A stretch of DNA of 63,317 nt, the filler included, from Collodictyon triciliatum (taxonomy: Eukaryota), in NCBI GenBank assembly GCA_043381765.1. It is 53 parts of 53 records of this genome, joined end to end, with 100 filler letters (N's around TTAATTAATTAA, not from the genome) between each part and the next. Parts side by side here need not be neighbours in the genome. Positions count along the whole stretch, not along the records: positions 1 to 1,104 come from JBHJMP010012295.1; positions 1,205 to 2,307 come from JBHJMP010012296.1; positions 2,408 to 3,510 come from JBHJMP010012297.1; positions 3,611 to 4,713 come from JBHJMP010012298.1; positions 4,814 to 5,916 come from JBHJMP010012299.1; positions 6,017 to 7,119 come from JBHJMP010012300.1; positions 7,220 to 8,321 come from JBHJMP010012301.1; positions 8,422 to 9,523 come from JBHJMP010012302.1; 45 more parts are not named here. One strand, 5' to 3'. Of the stretch, positions 1-12,122 are shown piece after piece. The notes under the pieces were generated by a model. The model was not told where the DNA came from, made no database searches, and saw only the letters and a list, made by a program, of their open reading frames with translations. How positions within the stretch are numbered: the first letter of the stretch is position 1; the number at the start of each line of letters is the position of its first letter. Position numbers and translations under genes: made by a program.

Positions 1-54
1 TATAATTGCCCACTTAAAAACATTTGTCTATGAGTAAGTAAGAACAAAAGAAAA

Positions 55-1104
55 ATGGAACTCATTGAATCAATCGACCCCGTTATCATTGACAAACTTC
101 TGCAACAATCAGAAGAAAAAGTAGACAAAAAGACAAAGGGAAAGTTGAGCATTATTAAAAGGGAATCAGTGAATGGGCAACTGAAAGTAAAATACGATTA
201 CTCAAAGAACTGCAGAAAATATAAAGTTGGACGATTCTTTCCAGTGAGTATTTCTGTGGGAAAGTTGGAAAAGCCCCTGCGTAATTATCTGATGAAGGAT
301 AAATATGCTAGTCTTGATATTGTCAATTGCCATTATACTCTGTCTTTGGCACTGGCAAAAAAATGGGACACACCTTATGAAGCTATTGAGCGTTATGTTA
401 TACAACGTAACGGTATAATTGAAAACACAATGGAGTTGAAAAAGAAAACGCGCAAAGAAGTTAAGCAACTTTATCTGATGCTGGCTTTTAGCGGCAAAGT
501 CCAACCATTTGACGAGTTTACTACTCAACTGCAACAAGAAATGAATATACTTGCAGCTATGGCATACAGCAAACATCTAGAGTGGCACAATCTAAAACTT
601 CGTGAGTCAGACGAATGTCTAGCTGAACACGACAATCGCATTTATAGTTGTTTGGCATATGTGCTTCAAACAGAGGAAACTAAAATAATGCAGAAAGTGA
701 TTGATGTTTTAAATGAATGTAAAGTTGAAGTTGGATTATATAATTTTGATGGGCTGTTTATCAATAAAGCTCAATACGAAACCGGCGGACAAATAGAGGA
801 AAAAACCGAAGGGCTTTCTATTGCCATTGAAACGGAAACAGGGTATAAAGTAGAATTTAGCTATGAACCCATTGAATCAACTTTTAAGCCTGATGAAGTT
901 GCTATAACAGTACCAATCGCAGAATTTGCAAAGACTCATTTTATGTTACGCGGTGATTTGTTTGTTGAGTACCCGGATGAACCCACTCGCAAACCTGAAC
1001 ATATAAAGTCTGCTTCATCTTACTGTGCGAGATTTGGTAAAAACTACTGGCAACAAGTACAAGCAACTATTCCGTGGGATAGATGTTATATGTACTTTGA
1101 TTTT
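55..1104 (+). CDS. TV-Pol-like (PolA-superfamily-related primase/polymerase) of virophage, Polinton-like virus or transposon type; 3'-truncated by contig end
   Basis: Uninterrupted, intronless 350-codon ORF. Motifs in order: GRFF (229), motif A LDIVNCH (D at 316), motif B RKEVKQLYLMLAFSG (451), LQTEE, motif C YNFDGL (D at 748). The ORF continues past the palm domain to the contig end. Confidence 0.75.
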
Positions 1105-1204
1105 NNNNNNNNNNNNNNNNNNNNNNNNNNNNNNNNNNNNNNNNNNNNTTAATTAATTAANNNNNNNNNNNNNNNNNNNNNNNNNNNNNNNNNNNNNNNN
1201 NNNN
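1105..1204. other. Artificial contig linker (first of 52): N44-TTAATTAATTAA-N44
   Basis: The same 100-nt spacer with stops in all six frames recurs about every 1.19-1.20 kb (TTAATTAATTAA at 1149, 2352, 3555 ... 62173). Sequences on either side are unrelated. Confidence 0.99.
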
Positions 1205-1628
1205 ATTTGCCAAAAAAAAAAAAAGAAAATAAAAATAAAAGTAAAAATAAAAGTAAAAATAAAAGTAAAAATAAAAGTAAAAATAAAAGTAAAAATAAAA
1301 GTAAAAATAAAAGTAAAAATAAAAGTAAAAATAAAAGTAAAAATAAAAGTAAAAAATAAAGATGAAGGGTGTATGTATGATTTTCGAAAAAAAATGAGAT
1401 TATTCATGACATAATAAACCATTTCAGAGATACATATCGTTTACAGAGAAATTTTGCGAGTCAATATGTCTCATTTAAGCCTTAACAATAAATCGTTGCA
1501 GATAAATCAAACATGGCTATCATCAAAACAAAATGGATCAATATAAGGGAGAAAATAATAACAGCATAAATAAAGATATTTGGGCCGAGGGAAAAAGACA
1601 CGGTGCTGACTCTATATGAATTATGTAC

Positions 1629-1922
1629 CTGAACTCTCCGATATTTCTTTCATAGCCAAGGGCGACGATTCCTTCACGCGCTGCTTCCTTGTGAAGTTCT
1701 TTCCATCCTTGCGTGACCACAATAGAATCGTTCCTTCTGTACAATATTTAAGATGATTTTTCGTAAGAAACGTGTGCCGCGTTTTTTTTTTTACGATGGA
1801 TTCTCCAGGACAAACCTTCCCCACGCATCGATTGTTTGCAATTTGGGCTCGTTCGCATAACAATCTTCATGAAACGGAATAAGTTCCTTGGATACTCGAC
1901 CTCCAAAAGCTTGCAAATCTTG
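1629..1922 (-). CDS. Acyl-CoA dehydrogenase (AidB/ACDH-11-like) N-terminal fragment, 2 exons
   Basis: Exons 1922-1816 and 1736-1629 with a GT-AG intron (1815-1737) splice to QDLQAFGGRVSKEL...LQTIDAWGRRNDSIVVTQGWKELHKEAAREGIVALGYER. The DAWGRRxD...GWK...AAxEG..A..YER pattern fits the ACDH-11/AidB N-domain. Confidence 0.7.
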
Positions 1923-2880
1923 CTGAAGAAGGAACAATATAATTAGGTTTTTTTTTCTGAAGATTGCCTTGGAATAAATATTACATAAAGAAAAAAATGC
2001 GTGCTCTCCTGCACTGCAAGTATGAAGTACAACATAGCATACGAATGAAAGCGTTAGTTCAAAGAGAAAGGAATCATGCGAAGTTTTCAAAAGTGATATA
2101 TGAAAGCTATTGTGATGATATTTTGACGGCGATAAAGCAGCAAAGAACAATAAAAAGGAAATAAATAACAAGTAGAACAAAATGAAGAACCAAAAGAAAA
2201 GAAAGAGAAAAAGAAAAGAAAAAGAAAAGAAAAAGAAAAGAAAAAGAAAAGAAAAAGAAAAGAAAAAGAAAAAGAAAAAGAAAAAGAAAAAGAAAAAGAA
2301 AAAGAAANNNNNNNNNNNNNNNNNNNNNNNNNNNNNNNNNNNNNNNNNNNNTTAATTAATTAANNNNNNNNNNNNNNNNNNNNNNNNNNNNNNNNNNNNN
2401 NNNNNNNACTTTGTTTGTTTTTCCTTGTTCGTATATCTGTCTCTCTGTCACTTTGTTTCTTTATGTGTCTTTGTCTCTTCGTCCTTGTTTCTCAGTTTGT
2501 TTTTTGTTTCTATGGATCTTTGTTTGTTTGTTTGTTTGTTTGTTTGTTTGTTTGTTTGTTTGTTTGTTTGTTTGTTTGTTTGTTTGTTTGTTTGTTTGTT
2601 TGTTTGTTTGTTTGTCTCTTTTTCTTTGTTTGTTTGTCTCTTTTTCTTTGTTTGTTTGTCTCTTTGTTTCATTATTGTCTTAGTTTCTTTGTTTCTTTTG
2701 TTTCTCTGTCTCTTTGTTCCTTTTTATTTCTTTTCTTTTTCTTTTTCTTTTCTTTTACTATTATTTTTATATTATCCTTATTATGCCCGCGCCTGATTTT
2801 CACTCAAGCTTCCCGCGCCTGATGGAAAACACGAAGCCTTCTGCGCTTGTTATGAGAAACATAAGCAAAACGTAAAGGTT

Positions 2881-3510
2881 TTGCAAGTTGCAGCCAGCTC
2901 TTCTGGTTCCAAAGCTGGTGCGGAAAAACCCCGCGTTACACGTAAGTTTAGGAAGACCCGTGCAAGGAAGCCGCCTGCAAGTCTGTCTGAGCGGAAAGTA
3001 TTTTTGCACGGAGTCGAGAAAGTCGCTTACAACAAGAACAAGGCCCGCAGGCTAACAGATGCGCTCGCCTCCTTCTTGGAAGAGAACAAACTTTGGGAAG
3101 ATTCCATTCAATTGCGCTTACCAGACAGCGAAGGCCTTTTCCTGATTGCCTTTCGCACTGCAGAAACCGCACGAAAGCTTCTGGAACTGAGACAGGTAAG
3201 TTTGATCGATATTATAAGCAGCTCCAGCAGAAGTAAACCGGCAGAGACCTCGGTGATGTTCCAACAACTACCGCTGGACGTGTGGCCGCAATTCCTTCGT
3301 GAGGAGCTGAAGCCGTTCAGACCGACCCACGTGGAGATTAAAAAGGACAAAGGCTTCTTCACAGACACGGCCGTGGTGAAGCTTGTTTGTCACAAGAACC
3401 AGCTCCCTGCAAAGTTTACGGTCATGGGCAAAAAGTGTCCAAAGCGCATCCTCAAAGAGCGTCCACCAGCCGCGAACAACGAACGACAAGTAAAAGCTCC
3501 GCAAAAGAAT
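2881..3510 (+). mobile_element. Probable LINE (L1/Tx1-like) ORF1 fragment
   Basis: Intronless, more GC-rich, basic ORF with RRM-like segments (KVFLHGV, FLIAFRTAETARKLL, SVMFQQLPLDV). A near-identical second copy lies at 11543-11926, so it is repetitive. Confidence 0.55.
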
Positions 3511-4129
3511 NNNNNNNNNNNNNNNNNNNNNNNNNNNNNNNNNNNNNNNNNNNNTTAATTAATTAANNNNNNNNNNNNNNNNNNNNNNNNNNNNNNNNNN
3601 NNNNNNNNNNAATAATACAATAGTATGATTAGTATATATTAATAAGGTTAAAAATACTTAATAATCTCATTCTATTCATGTAATCAATTTATATTTTATT
3701 TTCTATTTATGTAATATCATATTAAAATTAAAAATTGCAAACAAGCCCTTGCATTGACCTAGACAGAACCCACCCTGTAAACCTGCCACCAAACATGCAT
3801 TTCAAAAAAGCATACTATCCGCACTTGCGGCGGCAATCATGTTGTTTGGGGCCGATATGTTGACTTTCAGTCGCAATCGCTATACGGCCGTCCTTTCGAA
3901 CTCGCTGAATCGGCTCTCAGCGTTTTGTCTCAAATCACTTCTAAAGAAACTTGGCGTGTTTGTTTGCCACAACGCGCACATTGAGGGTCTCGGTAGATGC
4001 TTAATTTTACCTAAATTGATTGTATGCAGTTTTCTTATTCATATAATCAAATTGACTGATTGACTTTGGTTGTATTAAATTGAAAACTCGGCAGTTTTCC
4101 AAAGGAAGAAGTAAAACAAAGACTTTCAG

Positions 4130-4713
4130 ATGAAGAAAAGAAAACGTCTTCAGTCTGATAATCTAAAGTCTGTAAAACGACACCATCGAAATGTGAAAAC
4201 ATCTCAAAAGTTGATTGTAAAGAATGTGGATGACTATGAAAAAATCAACGGTATGATTTTATTGTGTCATAATTTGGTTACCGAAACTTATCTGTTTGCA
4301 AGATGTTACATATTGAAATCAAAACAACTAGTCCCAGCAACCGATGAAAATTTTTTATATGCTTTACAAACAGTCGGAATAGTTTCACAAGATAGACCCG
4401 CAAAGATTAAAAAAAACCAGATATGAGAGATGACATGATGACTTTTTATCTCCATGATTTTCGATTCCTTTTGTCCCGAGAAGAACGCTTTCCGTTGGTT
4501 GGACTGTCTGATGGATTACCGTGCTTGGCGAAGCAAGTGCTAACAGCTTATCGTAGTAACATTAAGGAGCATTTTGTAAAGAGGTTACTGCGCTTAATAA
4601 ATCAAACAGTACCTAAAGATGAGAATATTACGGAATCTATTAAAAAGACAGAGTTACGAAAGTTAAAAAAGCCATCATCAAGAAACTCGAAATACCGGAA
4701 CAATATAAAGAAT
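4130..4713 (+). pseudogene. Fanzor1-like gene, N-terminal part (frameshifted copy 1)
   Basis: NVKTSQKLIVK...HNLVTETYLFARCYIL...LAKQVLTAYRSNIKEHFVKRLLRLIN, with frameshifts in A-runs near 4410 and 4665. Bases 4576-4713 align (about 90% by eye) with the start of the RuvC-containing copy at 51512. Confidence 0.75.
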
Positions 4714-4813
4714 NNNNNNNNNNNNNNNNNNNNNNNNNNNNNNNNNNNNNNNNNNNNTTAATTAATTAANNNNNNNNNNNNNNNNNNNNNNNNNNNNNNN
4801 NNNNNNNNNNNNN

Positions 4814-5916
4814 AATGGCTCGTTCAGGGGTATTGTCATTTCGCAGTGAGTATACAGAATCTGCCAACGCGAGAGCAAAGGCTCTGGTGTGTTTGGAGGT
4901 GGTCGTGGGATTGTTCTTTGTTGCAACTGTGTTTTGAAGTCTGCACACAGTTTGGTGATGAGTTTCCACATCCCAATTTGCCAAACCTCTTTCGGCTGCA
5001 TGAACATGTCCGTCCACCACTTCATGGTCAGTGATATCCATGCGGTTTTGGGTGTGATGAGTCCAACGCCTCCCTCTGTGGGTGGCTTAATCAGTGTTTT
5101 GATTTTGTATTGCTGTCTCTTTGTTGTGATGAAGGTGCGGCATATGCTCTCCAGTGTGTCGAGATGCTTTTGAGGTAGGTGAGAGCCCTTCATGTTGTGG
5201 ATGAGGGTCGATAGCATGAGTTGGTTCCATAGCCTCGCTTTTCCAATGTCTGAAAGATGGAATCTTTTCCAAGAGGCGATTATGGACTTGATATTGTTGA
5301 CCAGCTTGTCCCACTTTTCTGTGCAGCCGCTCCCATACATTATACCCAGGTATCTGAGTGCGTGGTTTGGGTATTTCCGGTCAATGTTTTCTGGTAGGAT
5401 TCCACCGTCCTGTAGGCCGAATAGATTACCGTCTGTTTTGTTGAAGTTGATTTTACCTCCAACTGCAAGTGTGTATTCTTGCATACACTTATTTGCCAGG
5501 ATAACGCCTTCAGGGGAGCGAAGGATGAAGGCTGTATCGTCGGCATATTACAGGAGGAATTGGTTGCGGATTTTGTTGTTATTTCTGAAGTGGATTGCAA
5601 GACAGTAGGCTACAAAGTTAAAGAGAAGCGGCGCCAGAGAGCATCCTTGGTAGACGCCGCTTTGTCTCTGGATTATGTCGGTAGGGCTATGCGCAGTCAG
5701 AACCCTAGTTGTGGCGTTGTCGTGTAGCTTCTTGATAAGTGTGGTGAACTTTGAGCAGAACCCTCGCTTTTTTAAGATGATTTCTAGGGCCTCATGGTTC
5801 ACATAGTCATATGCCTTTTCAAGGTCGTAGAATATCATGATGCGTGGGTCTTTGGAGACTTGATATTCCATGTATTCCTTGTTCACGAGCCATATGTTTG
5901 TGTCGATGTTCCTGCC
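4814..5916 (-). mobile_element. L1/Tx1-like LINE ORF2 reverse transcriptase fragment with one premature stop
   Basis: GRNIDTNI...FYDLEKAYDYVNH...SGVYQGCSLAPLLF...LL*YADDT (YADD 5536-5547, TAA 5548-5550)...INFNKT...RYLGI...PTEGGVGL. These are canonical non-LTR RT motifs plus the L1-clade GGxGL segment. Confidence 0.93.
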
Positions 5917-7219
5917 NNNNNNNNNNNNNNNNNNNNNNNNNNNNNNNNNNNNNNNNNNNNTTAATTAATTAANNNNNNNNNNNNNNNNNNNNNNNNNNNN
6001 NNNNNNNNNNNNNNNNAACAAAAAAACAAAAAGAACAAAAAAACAAAAAACAAAAAACAAAAAAACAAAAAAAAACAAAAAAAGAAAAAAGAGAAAAGAG
6101 AGTGAAAAGAGAGTGAAAAGAGAGTGAAAAGAGAGTGAAAAGAGAGAGAAAAGAGAGAGAAAAGAGAGTGAAAAGAGAGTGAAAAGAGAGTGAAAAGAGA
6201 GTGAAAAGAGAGAGAAAAGAGAGAAAAAAGAGAGAGAAAAGAGAGAGAAAAGAGAGTGAAAAGAGAGTGAAAAGAGAGAGAAAAGAGAGTGAAAAGAGAG
6301 AGAAAAAGAGAGAAAAAGAAAAAAGAAGAGAAACACAAAGGCTAAAGGGAGAAGACATAAAATTCCGAATGATGAATCCAGATAATCGTATGCACCCCCG
6401 TATCAGACCAGCCATAATTAGTGCATTTGACAACACCAACCTCCCTATCAGCGAGTGTACAATCCTACCTTGCATGCATATGCAATTCAAATACTTTCAA
6501 TTAATATTTTTTTCAGATAACCTTAACGAAAAGAACCACAAAACCAAAACTAAAAAAGCCGCGACTTTTGAGATATATTCACACAAGTAGTCACTGCTTT
6601 GTTCTCTCAAGCAAACTTATACTGATTACTGGGGACAATTCCTGCGTGATTTCAATACCCAAGCGAAATTTGGATGCGTTTCATATTTTTTTAAATTCTC
6701 TTATCAACTTGTCATTTTGGTGCGCTTCATAACCAATTGAATGTATTCAACTACCACGCACACTGATTACATATGCCATGCAAGTATATTTTCGGATATT
6801 TCTGAAATACAGGCAATATTTATGAGTAGAACCATGCTCAGTGGAGCAAAATGAGAAATGGTATTGGCAAGCTCCATGTGGTAAAAATCATACAAACAAA
6901 ACCGGCAAACTGTTTTATAAAGTTTAACGTGATGGTTGCAAATACACTATCCCAAGTATTCACATTCATGAACAGCTTCGCTCTTGCTATTCCCGTGACT
7001 CTGTACCGAGTGAATAGAAAATATCATCCAATCATCAGCAAAGATAGTTAATGTTTGGGTAATGCAGTCATCACGGATTATTTTATTCACATATGCTCGT
7101 TCAATTGTAAGCAACCAATNNNNNNNNNNNNNNNNNNNNNNNNNNNNNNNNNNNNNNNNNNNNTTAATTAATTAANNNNNNNNNNNNNNNNNNNNNNNNN
7201 NNNNNNNNNNNNNNNNNNN

Positions 7220-7317
<98 letters not shown>

Positions 7318-8436
7318 GCAATCTTTTAATCAAGTAAAAAATAATTACTATACCAACAATAAACTCTTCAGAAATAAAGTGTGTGGGTACCTAAATCAAT
7401 GACAGTACAGGAAATAGTTAGACAAGAAATAGAACTGGCGAAGAAAGGGCACTATAAAACAGAAGAGGATGATAAATAGTTAACCCTCGAAAAATAGAAT
7501 GAGATGTAAATGTTTCAGCAAAAATGAAACCAAAGTGAGATTGTCCGGATTTTTTTTCGATATCATATTGGTAATTACGATGGATTTGTTTGGTATATAG
7601 TAATGTTTGGCAAGATAATATTTTGAGCTTTTTTGTGTTGTTATTATCATTGTCGTTGTTGATCTTGGAAGTACTGAATCAAAGCACACAAATAAACAGC
7701 CAAGATAATCCTAAAAAAAAAAAAAAAAACTGGCATAACTTTATTCACTGCTCCGAGGAGCCGACATTCTATTTGGACAAGAGCTCCTTCTCGAATTCCT
7801 TATAATCGAAAATTTATGAAAGGTAAATAGCAGTCTCGCAAGGTTCTCTAAAATGGAATTGGGGATTGTGAAAGATAAAAGTGGGTAAGAGTGCAGAGAT
7901 AAGAGGTCCGATATTTTAGTTACCTTGAGTTGGATTGTTTCTTGGTTGAGAAACTCTTTTGACCTGGCTGGTTTTTTGGGCAAAGACTCTGCGAGTCTGC
8001 GTGTGAATTGATGGGTATCAGGGCGGAATACACTAAAAAAAGAAAAAGGAAGGGAAAGTCAAGAAAAAGAAAAAAAAACGGACTCATTCAGCTTGTGCTT
8101 AGCTGCTTGCGTCTGAACTGAAACTTCGTGCAGTTCGTTCTCTAATTGTGAGGCTCTATTTTCTAATTCGCTGATGACATGTGATATGGACTGGTTTCTG
8201 AAGCAAAGCTTAAGAATAGAGAACTGTAATTAAAAACAATACATATAAATTAATAGTAAGGTAAAATAATAAAGAAAAGAGAAAAGAGAAAAGAGAAAAG
8301 AGAAAAGAGAAAAGAGAGAAGNNNNNNNNNNNNNNNNNNNNNNNNNNNNNNNNNNNNNNNNNNNNTTAATTAATTAANNNNNNNNNNNNNNNNNNNNNNN
8401 NNNNNNNNNNNNNNNNNNNNNCTCCCCCCACTTTCC

Positions 8437-8467
<31 letters not shown>

Positions 8468-9971
8468 ACACTTTTTTTGAATCGATTTTTTTTTCCAGTT
8501 TATGGTGTCCAATTATTATAATACAGTTATATCTTGTCAACTTGTAATACCTTTACCTTAACATCTATAGGCACACAAAAATAATATCCCCGTCATGTTG
8601 TTCTATGAGTTTGTCGATAAAATCGCATGCTCACTGCATATCCCAGTAGATAAACCGAGGAAACAGGATAACAATATCCAATTGTATATTACTTCTGTTA
8701 GAGTTTTTTTTTAACCCTAATATACGATTTTAGAATATGGGGGTTTGTTAATACATACATTTCTTCATCTAATGTATGTTTTAGGACGCAGAGTGATTCA
8801 TGACCATTAAAAGGTATGCACTTGAGCGCTTATTAGTTGAAAAGCATTTATCCAGTCTGACGCCTTTATTTGGAGGATATATATGTAAGGGTATAAAATG
8901 TATTTATGTATTTCCCTGGCTTCAATATTTAATATGATAGTATTCATGTCACACATTCATTTTTTTTTAAAAAAAGAACTGCTAGTTTTTTTTAATAAAG
9001 CGAGTGTATCTGATCTATGGATAGTCAATCTTTATTTATTAATTGATAGAAATGTTAGGATTTAATATGAATGTAGTATCTCAGAATACCTTTTAATTAA
9101 CACTTCACATATTTGCACAATAGTCTTATTTATAATCTTGGACTGTATGAACAGTGAATAAGGGCTTTTTTCAAAACTCCACGTACTTGAAAATTGGTTT
9201 TTTCTTTTACATTAAAACTTTAACTGAAATGTAAAAATTATAAGCACAATTATTTTTATATTACTTAGAGCTGAGATTAATTATTTCTGGAAAGACTTCA
9301 GCTTTGGCCATCATTCTGTGCACCCAAATCTTCCTCATCGATTTATTGACTTTATTTTTTTTTTTTATGTATTATACTCAAGCAATAATTAATAGCACTA
9401 TAAGTACTCAAAAAAATGAATCTATACAGCTGGAACAACCATAGAGTATTGAAAATTTTGGAAAAGACCTGTCTTTTTTTTTTTATTCTTCCTTTCAACT
9501 TTTGTGCAGGACCGAGGAAGAGGNNNNNNNNNNNNNNNNNNNNNNNNNNNNNNNNNNNNNNNNNNNNTTAATTAATTAANNNNNNNNNNNNNNNNNNNNN
9601 NNNNNNNNNNNNNNNNNNNNNNNTTCAACATTCATTCCATCAAAACATAAGCAAGAGTATTTCGATCGTCTGAAGTAGAATGAGTGACGACGATGCTGAT
9701 TCCCAAAATTAAATTAAATAAAAAAAAATATGTAGAAAAAAAAAAGAGGCCGTTAAATGAGGAGTACGATAAACGGGAAAAAAAGCGAGGGAGAGAAAAA
9801 GGGCTCTTGCAAAACTCAAAAGGCAAAATGAGTTGCGTGAAGGGAAATCAAAAAGAGAAAATAACGAAAAAGAAAAGTGGAAGGTGAAAAGATCAAAAAA
9901 AAAAGTAAATGGAGTTTAAGATGTACTGAACTTTTTTTTATAAATATGTCCATGTAGCAGCTCCTGATGAG

Positions 9972-10605
9972 ACATGCTACGGGGTATGATACGGGATTAT
10001 GCACAGGATTATACTGCGGGATTATGACACAGGATTATGGTACGAGATTATGCCACGGGATTATGCTGCGGGATTATGCTGCGGGATTATGACACGGATT
10101 ATGACACGGGATTATGATACGGGATTATGACACGGGATTATGATACTGGATTATGACACAGGATTATGACGCCGGATTATGATACGGGATTATGCCACGG
10201 GTTATGCTACGGGATTATGACACAGGATTTTGCCACGGGATTATGACACGGGATTATGCACGGGATTATGCCACGGGGTTTATGACACGGGATTATGACA
10301 CGGGATTATGCACAGGATTATACTGCAGGATATGCCACGGGATTATGCACGAGATTATGATACTGGATTATGATATGGGATTATGGTACGGGATTATGAC
10401 ACAGGATTATGACACGGGATTATGACACTGATTATGCCACGGGATTTGTCACGGGATTTGTCACGGGATTATGCCACGAGATTATGATACTGGATTATGA
10501 TATGGGATTATGACACAGGATTTTGATACGGGATTATGCCACGGGATTATGCCACGGGATTTGTCACGGGATTATGCCACGGGATTATGCACAGGATTAT
10601 GCAAG
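9972..10605. repeat. 13-bp minisatellite (consensus about ACGGGATTATGAC/GCC/GAT), copy 1
   Basis: Tandem GGGATTATG-core units. The flanks (from 9803 and to about 10660) are homologous to those of the array at 57655-58457. Confidence 0.95.
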
Positions 10606-10825
10606 AGTTTACTATATCACTGGGTGGGATGGTTTGTGTTTGTATCATATATGATTTTTCTTTTTTTTCTTTTTTCTTTTTTCTCTTTTTTCTCTTTTTT
10701 CTCTTTTTTCTCTTTTTTCTCTTTTNNNNNNNNNNNNNNNNNNNNNNNNNNNNNNNNNNNNNNNNNNNNTTAATTAATTAANNNNNNNNNNNNNNNNNNN
10801 NNNNNNNNNNNNNNNNNNNNNNNNN

Positions 10826-10999
10826 TGAATAAAAGTGAATAAAAGTGAATAAAAGTGAATAAAAGTGAATAAAAGTGAATAAAAGTGAATAAAAGTGAAT
10901 AAAAGTGAATAAAAGTGAATAAAAGTGAATAAAAGTGAATAAAAGTGAATAAAAGTGAATAAAAGTGAATAAAAGTGAATAAAAGTGAATAAAAGTAAA
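10826..10999. repeat. (TGAATAAAAG)n decamer tandem repeat
   Basis: Perfect 10-bp units at the contig start. Confidence 0.95.
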
Positions 11000-11542
11000 T
11001 AAGATGTTTCTATGGTATTCTGTACAACTCACACTATCTTGGTAGTCGAATCCAACACTTTCTTCGGGCCTTTCTTTATTGAAGGAAGTCCAGCTTCGCA
11101 CATCCCATTGCACAAACATGAAGGCTTTGACATATGCATTTGTTGTATAATTGCGAAAATACGAGGCATGAAAAGGATGTGTAAAGCAGAGAGAAGCGTG
11201 TAGACGAGCGAAAACCTCACTAAGGCGCACAAAAGCATATCTTAAAACAGGTAATTGAGGCGTCTTTCGGTTAAAAAAAACCTAAAGAAAACAAGAAACC
11301 AGGGTTAAAAAACTTCGCAACGACTGTCGCAGACCCATATCACTCGCTGAAGAGCACACGCGCCTGATCAGTTATCCTTCAAGAAGTCTCATCCCGGATG
11401 CTTTCATTGCCAGCAGAAGTGCGCAGCAAACAAACTCAGGGTCCTCACTTCGGGCGAACAATTACTCCCTCGCCTCGTGCCTTTGACTCGCTCGACGCTT
11501 TATACCTGACGCTGCCTTGACCTTTTCCCTTTTTTTTTTTAA

Positions 11543-11926
11543 GCACACTTCGGCGATGCTCTACCAACTACCGCTGGACGTGTGGCCGCAACTCCTTCGT
11601 GAGGAGCTGAAGCCGTTCAGTCCGACCCACGTGGAGATCAAAAAGGACAAAGGCTTCTTCACAGACACGGCCGTGGTGAAGCTTCTTTGTCACAAGAACC
11701 AGCTCCCTGCAAAGTTTACGGTCATGGGCAAAAAGTGTCCAAAGCGCATCCTCAAAGAGCGTCCGCCAGCCGCGAAGAACGAACGACAAGTAAAAGCCCC
11801 GCAAAAGAATACACCCACCAAGCAGACAAGCAGCAACGGGGTCAAGGAAGCCAAGGCCAGGCAACAACTGAGTCCGCAAGACTCACAGCAGATACGCGCA
11901 TACAGCGACAGCGACGATGGCATGGA
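11543..11926 (+). mobile_element. 5'-truncated second copy of the putative LINE ORF1
   Basis: QLPLDVWPQLLREELKPFSPTHVEIKKDKGFFTDTAVVKL... is near-identical to 3241-3510. Homology begins abruptly after a T-run. Confidence 0.6.
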
Positions 11927-12053
11927 NNNNNNNNNNNNNNNNNNNNNNNNNNNNNNNNNNNNNNNNNNNNTTAATTAATTAANNNNNNNNNNNNNNNNNN
12001 NNNNNNNNNNNNNNNNNNNNNNNNNNATTATTATTATTATTATTATTATTATG

Positions 12054-12114
<61 letters not shown>

Positions 12115-12122
12115 GGACGCAC

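Noticed and set aside
1149-1160. Regularly spaced TTAATTAATTAA as a biological repeat or CRISPR-like array
   Set aside because: It is always centred in exactly 88 Ns and gives stops in all six frames, so it is a synthetic linker.
5548-5550. TAA-to-Gln genetic code reassignment (TAA where Gln is expected in the LINE RT and in Fanzor)
   Set aside because: The host Rho GTPase ends CAAX-TAA at 61461-61463, the host exons I translated contain no in-frame TAA or TAG, and most element copies carry other lesions.
55-5916. TV-Pol, ORF1, Fanzor and RT as one composite element
   Set aside because: They lie on separate contigs, and their adjacency comes from the concatenation order.
9972-10605. 13-bp array as a CRISPR array or coding repeat
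   Set aside because: There are no unique spacers, and the unit length is not a multiple of three, so stops occur in all frames.
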